Shown: positions 15,001 through 27,000 of the stretch, one piece after another
Numbering within the stretch: the stretch's first letter is position 1
How the letters are laid out: every line of letters begins with the position of its first letter
NCBI GenBank assembly: GCA_046563655.1
Contig: CM102290.1
Span: 12,214,001 to 12,278,000 of the forward strand
DNA from: Yuukianura sp. NJ FZ-2021
Lineage: Eukaryota
Length of the DNA stretch: 64,000 bases
Reading direction: 5' to 3'
Translations under genes and position numbers: made by a program
Notes under the pieces: model-generated
Databases searched by the model: none
Seen by the model: only the letters and a program-made list of their open reading frames with translations
Told to the model about the DNA's origin: nothing

Positions 15001-18000
15001 GTTTGCGTTTCCTCCCTTCCTTCAGAACTTGAATCCTCTTGTCAGGCGTGAGAGGCTCGCCGTCACGAAACCACTTGACCTCCCCATCTTCCTCGTCAAG
15101 TTCACACTCCATGCAAACGTAGTCCTTCTCCGTCGCATGAACACTCATGAGTGCCTTTGTAAACTTGAAGGGGTACTCGGAGACTTTCACGGTCGTCTTC
15201 GTTCGGGTTTCTTGCTTGTCAATCTTACAAGTGTATTCTCCAATGTGAAAGTTCTTTGCTTTCTTGATTGTGAGACGACAGTTTCCCGTAAGGTCCTTGT
15301 TGATTTCAAAGTCTTGCTTTCCATCCTCGATTGGTTTTTCACCTTTGAACCAAGTTACCATAGCCCTTCCGCTGCTGACGGTACATTCGAGCTCAATTTC
15401 CCTGTTGAAGTACCCGTCGTACTTCTTGTTCAGCTGACGAATAAACGTGTATGACGGGTCAGGCTCTGCGAGTTGACAAGATCAATGTATATAAGGTCAT
15501 CCAGATACTACGTCATAAATCCAGATACTACGTCATCATAAAACTTACCTTCGACAGTGAGAAATGCTTCACACTTGACAGCATTGATTTCGCAAGTGTA
15601 TTTTCCGGCATCCTCCACCTTCGGATTGAATATTGTCAGCTGATATATGTCGTTCTCAACCTTCATCTTGTATTTCGAGCCCGCGAATAGTTCCTAAACA
15701 AAAGACAGGCGACATATCAGTAGTCTACTCAAATAACATTACAACACCTTACATTGTATTCTCATCATTTATATAAATCGGTCAATAAGTTAAGACTAGT
15801 GATAGTGAACATAAATAACCGCTTATGGTTTCAGTAGTATCGAGTATGAGTTGACTTACGTCTTTGCGACAGTACCACTTGACCTTGCAGTTAGCCTTGG
15901 AGAACACAGTTTCAAACATGACCTTCTTGTCCTTCCCTTCTTTGCAGTACTGGTCCACGAGGGGCTTGAGAAACGAATCCGTCTTCTACGATCGTCACAA
16001 GTAAATAAACAATCAATTAGATCCAAAGATAATCAATACTGTCGAACTTCACGAACTACCAACATTTAGAGCGAACTGAAGCAAACTGCGCCTCACCTTT
16101 TGTGTATCCCTTACAATATAACATTATCAATTGGAATTTAAAAACTGATTCAATTTACTTGTTTACTTTTACTAAAAAGTGACAGACAGAAGAGAAGAAG
16201 ACACGTTTTGTAAACGTATGAAAGACAGTAAACAAAGAAGAATTTTCCAAATCTTGAAAGGAAAGGACACAAAATTCAGTTTTTAAAAAATTTGAATTTG
16301 GCGCCAGAAGAAAGAGACAGAGTGAGAAGAAGTGTGTGTTTTAAAATGGTGGTTGTGGTTTTTGTGTTTTTGGTTTTCAAATACAAAAGTGCATGAGACG
16401 CCATTTAAAAAAACTGTGACAGTTGCATTTGCCAAGCACACGACACAAAAACGTTACAAAAAGCAAAACGTTCTCAAACACTACAAAAACGTTTTCAAAA
16501 ACACTTAAAAAGTTAAAACGTCGGCACAAGAGCAGGCGGAAGCGAGCCATGGTTAGTAATACACAGAATTTGTAGTAAACATTTGGCGGTAAAATTTAAA
16601 TAAACGAAACGAGACGAGTTTTTAGGACAATAGTGTAATTTTAAGGACAATAAACGACTTCTAACACTAGAGTAGTATAGAGACAACCTCATCTTTTGCA
16701 AATGGCTGCAGAATAGGCCAGTCTGGAATAAGTTCCGCCAAGGAGCATCGCCTCGAAGCGTTTTTGTCCACTGGCTATACAAAAAGTTGAGCAATTGACG
16801 TTCACAAAAAAGTGTCAGCGCAAAAACGTTTTTCTTTGTCTACAAAAAATATGTTTCTAAAAAAAGTCAACTACTCTACTAACCGGTTGGCGGCGAAACT
16901 TTTTTTAAACTTTCAAATACTTTTGAAAGTAGAAAAATATGGCGGCACTAAAATTTGAATCACGCTCCACTCAACGTCACACGGAAAACCTGAATTAGAA
17001 AAAGCCTGCTCTTTTCTTTGGCGTAGAAAAAACTACGTAATTGATTAACCTTCTTCCTGGAAAATGGGATGAGCGTTGGCCAGTCAGGAATCACTTCCGA
17101 CAAGGCGGATGGCTTCTTCGTCTTCGATAGGAGATCCTGATGTTAAGGGCCGGTTAACCCTTGAGTTAACCCATTTGAGTAACCCTTGGGTTCATCCATA
17201 CACGAGTACCCTTGGGTTCACACTCTTCGACAACCCTTAGCTTATCTAACGTACCCGTCTTGCCTGGTTCATTTATCTAATCCCTCGGGTTAACAAGAAA
17301 CTATTGCCATTAACCCGTATAACGGCACCCCTATCCGCCACGATATTTATCTTAGGGTTAACTCGATTAACCCTTCAATTCTTAGCCCGTAACGTTAACC
17401 TGTACTACAAGAAACTCGAATTGAAAAACATAAGTTACTGGGTTATCCGAGCCTGGGAACCCGTGGGTGTTCGGATTTGGATAACCCTTGAGTTATGGAT
17501 TAACCCATATGGGTTACTACTCGGTAGGGGAAATTTTAAAAATTGAAGAAAAAAAGAAAAATGCTAAACAAAAATCAAAAATGTAGAAAAAGTAGCAGTC
17601 ACTCAAAGGCGAGCAGAATCTTAATTTGGAGTCAAAAAATTCTCATAAATTGGAACCACTCTCAAATTCAAAGTGCTAAAATACTAATTAAGTAACTGCA
17701 AAATCAAAATCAAATGTATTTCAAAGCTTGAGGGTTAAGGTGGGTCAGATTTTAGGAAGTGTTTCCGCAGAGGTCAAAAAAGTGAACAAGTGAAATAGCA
17801 TGCACAAAATTGTATCAAATGTAATTCGAAATTCTGAAATTGCAATAAAATGAAATCAGATGAAAAATTGTAGTAGTGTCCCCCCTCCAATATTTTTTTT
17901 AAACTTTTCAATTGTCCTTTGTCTCGTAAAGTGTAATGGCTTTCAAAATTTTAGAAAACAAGTCTAGAGATAAAGTTGCTTGCCCAGGTTCTTAAAGAAT

Positions 18001-21000
18001 TAATGTAGTCCCAACCTATGTGAACTACTGACTCCAAACTACGCAGCTCCTTTGAGCGACTGTTAACACGTTAACGTTTCCGTTTTTTTTTTTCTCAAAA
18101 ATTTTAAGATTTAAAATTTTAACTTTAACTTTTGAATGACGGTGGGGTGGGACGCGGAAAGTGGGTCTACCTGAGCTCGGTTCCACTTGGATGTTGACTG
18201 GTTGCTTTGCGGCTGAGCCGGATCTTCAGCAGTAGTCTGTTGAGTCCAAGTTTCATTTTTTTGAAATTTCATTTTTTTTTCGCTCAAAATGAATTTGAAA
18301 CAGGAGAAAGTGAGGGAGGAAAGAGAAAGTGACCTTTGACCTGAACCTAGGCAAGAACTTGTCAACTCCACAATTGGTTAGGTTAGCCTAACCCTAATCT
18401 AAGCCAAAGTGGCTCAAAATTGACAGAGAAAGGAAGATACTTGAAAAAAGAGACAGTGACAGGAAGAAGAAGACGCGCTAGAGCGACTATAGAGCAACGC
18501 GCTCGTGCAGATTTCACAGAATGCCGCCAATTCTAAACTTGATGGATATTTTCGCTAATCTCTCGTAAATGTGACTAAAATTTCGAGTCTATCAAAATTC
18601 AAAAATTTCCGCCTTACCTTCTCAATGTGTTTGAGCTTAGGTTTATCCTCCTTTGGCGTTTCTTTCAATTCGCCCCAGTCAGGATCCCCTTGGTCTTTTC
18701 CCCATTTGGCATATTTTCGTTTTTTGAGCATAGCACGAAAGTCCATTCCACTCGCGTCTGAAAATCATGTCAAAATATTCCAAAAATTTTGAAATCCGAA
18801 TTCAAAATTTTGAAAATTGATCGTCGTAGATTATTGGAACAATTCGAACCAGAGACGTAGAAAGTGAGTTCCGCTGAGTCTTCGCCATGGATGTTGCTAA
18901 TGACAATTTTATATTGACCTTCGTCGTTCGGTTTGACCTTGCGGATGGCCAGAGTGATGAGGTTATTGTCACCATCCGTCAGGAACTTGTATCGACCGCC
19001 TTCTACAATTTCCGTCATACCCTACGCAAACGTAACAAGATTTGAATTAGGCTAATCAGTTTCATTAGGTTATGTTTTTTATGTTAAGTTAAGTTGAGAT
19101 TGTAATTACCTTGTAAAACCGAAATGTTGGACAAGGGTCACCCTCGATTTGTACTGTAATGTAGGCGGTTTGATCTAAACGTCAAAAAAAGTTAGGTGTT
19201 TGTTAGTGTGTTTTTCATTTCATGTGATTTTAGGTTAGGCTAAAGAAATCAATTGATTGTTGATTCCATTACCTTCAATTCCACTGTAGTTTTCCTGAAC
19301 ATCAACAATTTGTGGTGGGCCTGGAGATCCCGACGCTTGCAGCGGTGTCGATGGCTTGTCAATTCGATCCTCCAGATCAGCGACGCTGGGCCTGCGCACT
19401 TCCGTGCTTGGTCTCCTCCTCTATTACGTTCAAAGAAACATTAGCTAACTCTCATTTCCCGCCTGCTTTTTGGCGGGTTATTTCAAAATACAAAACAAAC
19501 AATATGTATACATGCAGTTTTTAGATTATCCAAAAAAGTAACAATCCAAAATATCGATCGCATGTAGAACAAAAGCTGTTTAGCTCATTCCATTTCAAGC
19601 TGAATTTAACAGTCTACCGAAGCAAAGAGTAGGCTAGTGGGCAGCGATGGCTCCATTTCCAAAAATTTTGCATTCTATTTCGTTCCATTCTCAAATTCCA
19701 AAAAAGACACAATTAGAAAAACGTATAATCACACAGATACAAAACAGAGCTGGAACGACTTCACGGAAATAATAAATACATAGAAAAATACAAAGGCGGC
19801 AGTGTACAATCAAATTCTGTTCAATGAAAAATTAAGCTTTCGCATAACCTGCGACAATGCATCTGTCAAAAAACTGAAATTTAAAAAAAATGGTTTTTGT
19901 AAACCGGACTTCACGAATTAGCATTTTTTTTAAACTGTACAGGACGAATTAGCAAAGATTTTCTTAAAAAACTGTACATGAAGAATTGCGAATATTTTTT
20001 CAAAGACTGAATAACGAGGACGAGGACTTTGTACAGAAGTTGGACATGGACTAGAGACTGGACTCTGTTCAAAATTTTCAAAATTTCCTTTCTTTCTGTT
20101 TAGAAAATTAGTCTAACCTCTTTGCCCTGCTGGTCCACCGACAGCAGTTGACCTGGACGCGGACCTTTCTTCTGATTTTAGAATAAGAAAGTCGTAACAA
20201 ATTCAATTAATAAATTAAAATTTTTTAAATTTTCACATTTTTCTGGCTCGCCTTCTACCCGTCAATTTTTCGCGTCGCGAGTTGAATTTACGCTGAGGTC
20301 GTGAAGGGTAAAGGAATGTTGCAAAACGAAAAAAAAATTAAAAAGTCAAGATCAGGCTTTGAGCAGGAGTGGGTTATTTTCAAAAAAACGAAAAAAGAAG
20401 AAAAACATGAGAGTTGGCCGAGCTCGGTTTACATGGTTGGTAAAGCGGCATGTCGACTGTTTTTTGGAATTTTAAAATTAAAAAAACTAGAAAACTAGAA
20501 AACCGTAAAACTTGTATGAGTTCACTCCGTAAAATCTTGGAGGAAATGCCCTTTGACCCACCTTAACATCATCAAGTTCCCCAGGGCGAAGCCTTCCCTT
20601 CTGAACAAGGAAATCAAAACAGAAATTGTCCAAGTTGTAGCTCAAGTGTAGTGCAATTTGTAATATTTTGGCATATTTGGTCATAATTTGTGTTTGGTAT
20701 TTTCAAAACATGAGGTGGTAAAAGCTAGAGTGGTTTGATTTGAAGCCTAGGCCGGGCCATAGTCTCAATAACCAAGGTTCCTTGACAACGGAATTGTATT
20801 CCCTACAACATGTTGTCTAATAACTCAGGATTTTCAAAAATTTTGCTTCAAACAACTTTTAGCACCAATTTTGTGTTTATACATTTTCCCCATTTTTTTT
20901 TCAAACTTTGAAACTGGAAATCGCATAGGAATAAAATAAAAGTTGAAAAAAAATTCAAAAATTGTCATAGAAATAATGGTGTAGTTTAACCCGTTTGGTT

Positions 21001-24000
21001 TTTGAAAATTTTGCCAAAAAAATGAAAAAAAAAACCCGAGTTATTGGACAACCTGGTGTAGAAAAAACATGTTCTTTGTTTACGAACCTTGTCAATAACT
21101 GTTGTAAGTGGAATAGCGGATGCTGCGAAGTGTTTGAATTTTTGGCGGGAATTGATGGGGGGAATGTGAGCTCATTAAAAATGGGGCACAGTGAGACAGA
21201 GATAGAAAAGATAGATGCAGGGAGTAAAATGCAAGGTGTGGCAACTGGAGTGACCTCCAACAGGTCAATGCAGTTAATCAAGTTCATATCTCAAAAAGTC
21301 ATCGTTAATCTTTTAGCATCACCACCAATTCAAAGTCATATTTGGTGGGAAATTTCAAAAAGTTCGGACCTTGCCGCCTCACCTTCTTATCATCCAAAAC
21401 CTCCCCGGGACGCAGTTTTCTACGCTCCTAATAATTGAGACAGTAGACAAAACAAAATCATTTTTCAAAAAAAAGTGAGGAAGCAAAAATTCATTGGACA
21501 AAAGCCAAAACGTTTTTAGATCAAAAAAATATTGGCAAAATTAATATTTCCAAAATTCTAAAAATCTTTTCTTCAAAACTTTAAAAATTCCGCTCAAAAT
21601 TTGTTCAAAACAAAACTTCAACAGTACAGTTGACCTTGCCTACCCCTTTCCCTGTCCCAAAAATTGAAAATGAAATTGAATTTCAACTTTTTCAAAAAAA
21701 GGAAACCCGGAAACGCGCAAGTCGCTAAATTTTCAAAAACCCCGCCCAAAATTTTGAAACTTACCAGTAACGCCGGAACACTTTTTTGGCTCATGATTTA
21801 AAATCGAAAATTGGGATAACTTTTGAAACTAATTTCCGCAGTTTTTCCTGGTTGCGAAAACTTACACTTTGGGAGAAGTACAAGCACTTTTTTCAGGAAA
21901 TTGTTCACGGAGATAATGTTGTTTGAATTTTGTAACTGTTTTTGAAAAAGCGACAACTAGCACAAGAGTTTACCTCGTCAGTGATGATGAGTGATGGTCT
22001 CCGGCCCTCCGTCTCGGGCGGAATGAGTGACCCACGTCGAGACGGTGGACCACTTCCGGGACCCAAAGAAGATTTGCGGGGTTCAGGCGTCTTTTCCCGG
22101 GAAACTTCAAGCTTGGGTGCAACAAGAGACGATTTGGATCCTGCAGCCTGCAAGAGACATAGAATAAGAAAAAATCAACGCGCATGTGCAGAGTCAAATT
22201 CTTATTTTTAGGTACGACGGCGCCGCTATCAACATTGGCGGGAGGTATACAAATAGAAGGAACGACAGTGCTGGGGGAGAGCTAAGTATTGACCCAAGGT
22301 CGTATTGGTTCATTCCCTTCCGTAGGCCAAACAGTGGCCAAAATCAACAGAGACAAAACTACTGCTGCTAAGACCGAAAAGCTTTAAAACTTCGCGCGAT
22401 GGATTTTAATGAACACTCGACAAGAAACAACTGCTCACTTTTCAAAAAAAAAATTAAGAAACAGGGCTAATTACTACTGCTACCTGGAACAACCATAAAT
22501 CGTCTTTTGCACAAATCTACTTTTAAAATCTCCCACCCCCACACGCAACATAACACACAATACCACAAAGAACGTACAGAAAAAAATGGCGGAAATTTCT
22601 TGTTTTAAAAATTCAAAATACGGAAGAGACTTTCAAAGTCAAAATAGAGAAAACGCCCTAAGCGCTTTGGGATTTCAATTTCCGCCAAAAAAAAATACTG
22701 TTCATACAAAATTTGAGTAAAAAATTATGAAAATCTAAGAAAATTTTTTCAAAATTCAAAAAATACCTTAGTGTCTGGTGTTTCAATTTTTGGTGGCTCA
22801 ATGACCTTGGGCTGAGCATTGACAACTTTTGGTTTTTCATCTTCCCTTGGTGGAACCACAATGGTCTGCATTGGTTTTTTAAGTTCCAAATTCAAAAGAG
22901 ACAGGACAACAAAACAAAAATGGACGTCACAACTTTTCAAAACAATTTGAAAACATTTCTAGAAAAAATTTCTTGTGGAAAAAAGAAAAAGTTTTCTAAA
23001 AAATTGAAAAATTTTGAAAGCAGGTCAAAGGTTAGAAGCAAAGTGGAGCATTGGAAATGAATATTTTTAGAAAACGAGAAGAAAAAATAACATTTTTTGC
23101 AAATTGTACCTCTGCTGGCTTGGCCTTCTCAGGTTCTGGTTTCTGTAAATCCAAAATGAAATTTATGAAGTAAACGTTGCGCCAAGATTTTTTTTTTAAA
23201 GGGAGGGAAATTTTGAAATTTATGAGAATTGCAGGATAGGGCTGTTTATTCATTCGGCCGACAGAGTGATGGGATAAGGTGTGTAAAATGTCATTGCCAA
23301 AATTCCACCATTTTTTACTTTTAAGTTTCCACCTGTCCTCCTGCAGGGCCAAACTATTTTTAAAACAAAAGATTTCGAGGCAGAAGGAGGGAAATTTGAA
23401 ACTGAAATTGGAGTGCTTACCAACTCGGGCTGCTTTTTGGCGGGAGTTTTGACCTCGTCGGCCGGTTTGACCTTTTTCTCTGCGTCTTGTAACTTCGGCC
23501 CACCGTTCGTCTCGGGTAGTCTCTGTAAAGAAAGTATGAGAAAAGTTAGACTCTCGTGCCAGTATTCAGCGAAAACCAATACGTAGCGCGAAAAAAAATT
23601 TGAAATTCAACACAGGGATTTGTTTGTGTTAGACGCGTATTTTAACAGGACGTAAATGACCTTCGACCTTTTGACTTAGATTTACAATCAGCATAAGTTT
23701 TCTGGCACTTACCATTCCAGGTAGCACTTCTTGTTCCTCTTCATCCGGTGGCGTTTTTACTTCGGGTTTTTTCGGTGCTGGTTTTTTGTCTTCGGTCTTT
23801 TTCGGTTCGGGCTTCTTTTCCTCAGGTTTCTTCGGTTCTGGTTTCTTTTCCTCTACTTTTTTCGCCTCTGCTTTCTTTTCCTCTACTTTCTTCGCCTCTG
23901 CTTTCTTTTCCTCGACTTTCTTTTCTTCTACCTTCTTTTCCTCGACTTTCTTCGCTTCTGCTTTCTTTTCCTCCACTTTCTTTTCTTCTGCTTTCTTTTC

Positions 24001-27000
24001 TTCTACTTTCTTCGCCTCTGCTTTCTTTTCTTCTACTTTCTTTGCTTCTGCTTTCTTTTCCTCGACTTTCTTCTCCTCTGCTTTCTTTTCCTCTACTTTC
24101 TTTTCCTCGACTTTTTTCTTTTCTTCCTTCTTTTCCTCCTCCTTTTTCTCCTCTACTTTTTGCTTTTCTGAAAATTTAAAAATTTATAAAGTTTCAGTTT
24201 CACTAAAAATGCTTGACAGACGAATCATAGGACGCAGGTTTACCTTTGACTACAAGTTCTCCCTCTGACTCATTCTGCCCGAATTCGTTCTTGACAATGA
24301 CTTTGTATGTCCCAGAAAACTCCTTCTTGCAGTTGGAAATTGTGAGCCTGGCAGTTTTCCCATCAAAAGTCATCTTTGTCTCCCGAGTTTCTGTGATTGT
24401 CGTCGTATTTCTAGATTAACCGACAAAAGAAATGTTATGTAACTTATACAACAGTCAGTGCGGAGCAAAGGGAAATCCGGAAAATTCGTCTCCTTACTTG
24501 TACCACGTCACGGTCACTTTCTTGTTCATGGTAGTCAACTCAATGTACATTTCGGCACTCTTTCCCTCTTCCACAGTCTGAAAGAACAAGTAATTAAATA
24601 AATTATTGAAATATTGTTTACATTTTGTGTAAATGATCAGTAAGCCAATTCCTTACCGTGTACTTGAGCCCTTGAGCGATTTGTGGTCCTTGACCTTGTG
24701 GCTTGTCTTCTGGAATTTCTGTGACCTCGACAACTTGCGAGGTCGCTTCACCCTTTTCGTTTTTGGCAACAAATTTGTAGGAGCCCTTATCCGCATTTGT
24801 CGCATCGTTAATCTCCAACTGAATCTTGTATTCTCCCTAAATCACAAAATTCAAAAACCACGAACGATTCAAAATTTTGAAATTAAATATTCTTATTTTT
24901 AGGAATTTTGAAATCGATTGGGATACCTTCTCGGTTTGTTCAACTTTTGTGACTCTGCGATGATCTTCTTTGACAACAGTTTTTTCTTTGTACCACTCAA
25001 CTTGTGGTGGTGCAGTACATCTTACGCGACACTCAATTATAACAGTCTTCTTCTTTTCTACTCGAATTACGCGTGGTTTTTCACGAATGACCGGCGCAAC
25101 TGAAAAAAAATTGGGACAGATTTTTGTAAAAATTCAAAATTTATACAAAATTACTAAAGCGACTCACTTTCGATATTCAATGTCAAATTGGCGTTGATCT
25201 CTCCCATTTCATTCTTGATATTGCACTTGTAGAGACCACTTTCTTCAGGTTGAGGATCCTGCAGACGTTTAAAAAAAACATGCGTATTGTACACCAATCA
25301 CGATTCGCTTCTGTGTCTTCAAAAACCATTTTTTGGTATGTACGAACCTTAATTTCGAGACGGATGATGTAAATTTCCTTCTCTTGGGTCATGTTAATTG
25401 TAAATTTGGCAGTTGACGATACTTCTTTACCGTCGCACGTCCATTTGAAACTGGGCTTCGGATCGGCCTTGACCTTGCATTCCATGAAGATCAATTTTCC
25501 GTTTTGTTCCGAAACAATTCTCGGTTTCTCAGCAAATGTCGGAGCTTGACCAGTCGGTTCCGGTTCAGCTTCGATATTTAAGTTGAGGTTGGCATTGGAT
25601 TCCCCATGGGGATTCTCCACATGACATCGATAAGTTCCACCATCCTTTCCACTTGGATCTTTTAGCTCCAAGATGAGGTCAAAGAGGTCATCACCAGCAG
25701 AAACAGTTCGCATAGCCACCTTGTCAGAAACTTCCACTTTGGTCGGCCCTCTGTACCAAGTGACCTTGGGTTCTGGATTGGCTTTACAGCGACATCGCAT
25801 TGTGATCAGCGATCCAGTAGCATTCGGTGTAATTTTTGGTTTTTCCACAAAAGTAGGTGCAATCCCACCTTCCTCTCCGCCTGGAAATGAAGAAAAATCC
25901 AAAGGAACTTGGAAATTTAGTACGGAGACTTAAGGGGTCAATGACCTCGCAATTTGACACTGTGACCTCATCCTCGCATGCGCCAACTCTAACAACTGAT
26001 CAACAGATGAGGGAAGTCCATTTCTACTCCAAATCCACTGTCATCCAGTTATCCAGTATGAGAACTAAAAACTTTTAAATGCACATTGACATTGTCACCC
26101 AACGAAGACACTTTGACCTTGAGAAGGTCACAGAACATTCTACTGAGACCAACTCCATTGAAAAAGACTGACAGAAAAAGTGAGTTGAAAAGGACTTGTG
26201 ACAACAGTGTTTTGTGAGGACATGTAGTACGGCTTAACCCTAAAAAATCAATCAGTTGAGCAGAACTGCTCATTGGCTAACTTGATTTTTTTGAAATGCT
26301 CGAAGAGCGGGAGAAGCTGTTCAATGACTCTCTCCGGAAGGACATGTTAAGTTATAGACAGTACAGATCATGCGCCCACAACACACGAAAAGCACATGCG
26401 CAGAGGACGGTTAGTTCCACGAGTCCATGTTTGTGAATATACGGTTCTACCTTGGAAGTTGAGTGCAATATTGGCATTACTCTCCCCCAGTGCATTCACG
26501 GCGTTGCAGCGCCAGTTCCCACCATCGGATATGGCTGGATCACGAATTTCAAGGCACAGGAGATACGTATGTTTTGAAAGTTCCTTGCGACTCATTTTGA
26601 TCCGATCGTTGAGGTCAATGGCCTTTGCTCCTTGGAACCACTTGATTTCTGGTAGTGGTTCTGCTTCAAGTATGCACTCCATCACTAGCAAGTCTCCTTT
26701 TTGTTTAATCGATGGCTTCTTCGGGAACCGCGGCGGTTTGCTATCCGCAATCCTGACAAAGACAAAAAAAAGTTTAGTTTTCCTTTTTAAACTTTCGCAC
26801 CGAAAATTAAAAATGGCTCTCTCACTTGAATTTCCCGCCGCCTTCGAAATTGAGGTGAACGACAGCCGTGGCCTCCCCTTCGGAGTTCCTAGCCAAAGCT
26901 TTGTACTCCCCCTCGTCATCCCCTTCTGCTTTGAGCACTTTGAGTTTGGAAACATAGTAAACGTCTTTGGAATCTTGCTTGGTCAATGACGCTTGGAACC

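Noticed and set aside
1373..15454. Numerous plus-strand ORFs over the projectin core
   Set aside because: They are antisense frames of Ig/Fn3 exons with no independent motifs.
15499..15536. Short tandem duplication ATCCAGATACTACGTCAT in an intron
   Set aside because: Ordinary slippage with no functional signal.
16097..16110. Strong donor AAG|GTGAGG suggesting a microexon
   Set aside because: The only nearby acceptor gives 13 nt, which would shift the frame.
17140..17150. CCTTAAC resembling a U12 branch point before exon A
   Set aside because: It is too close to the AG and no U12-type donor was found upstream.
17146..17530. TAACCC motifs as an interstitial telomere
   Set aside because: The motifs are dispersed and in both orientations, not a tandem array.
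23731..24268. Long plus-strand Phe/Ser/Leu-rich ORFs
   Set aside because: They are antisense shadows of the EEKK coding repeat.
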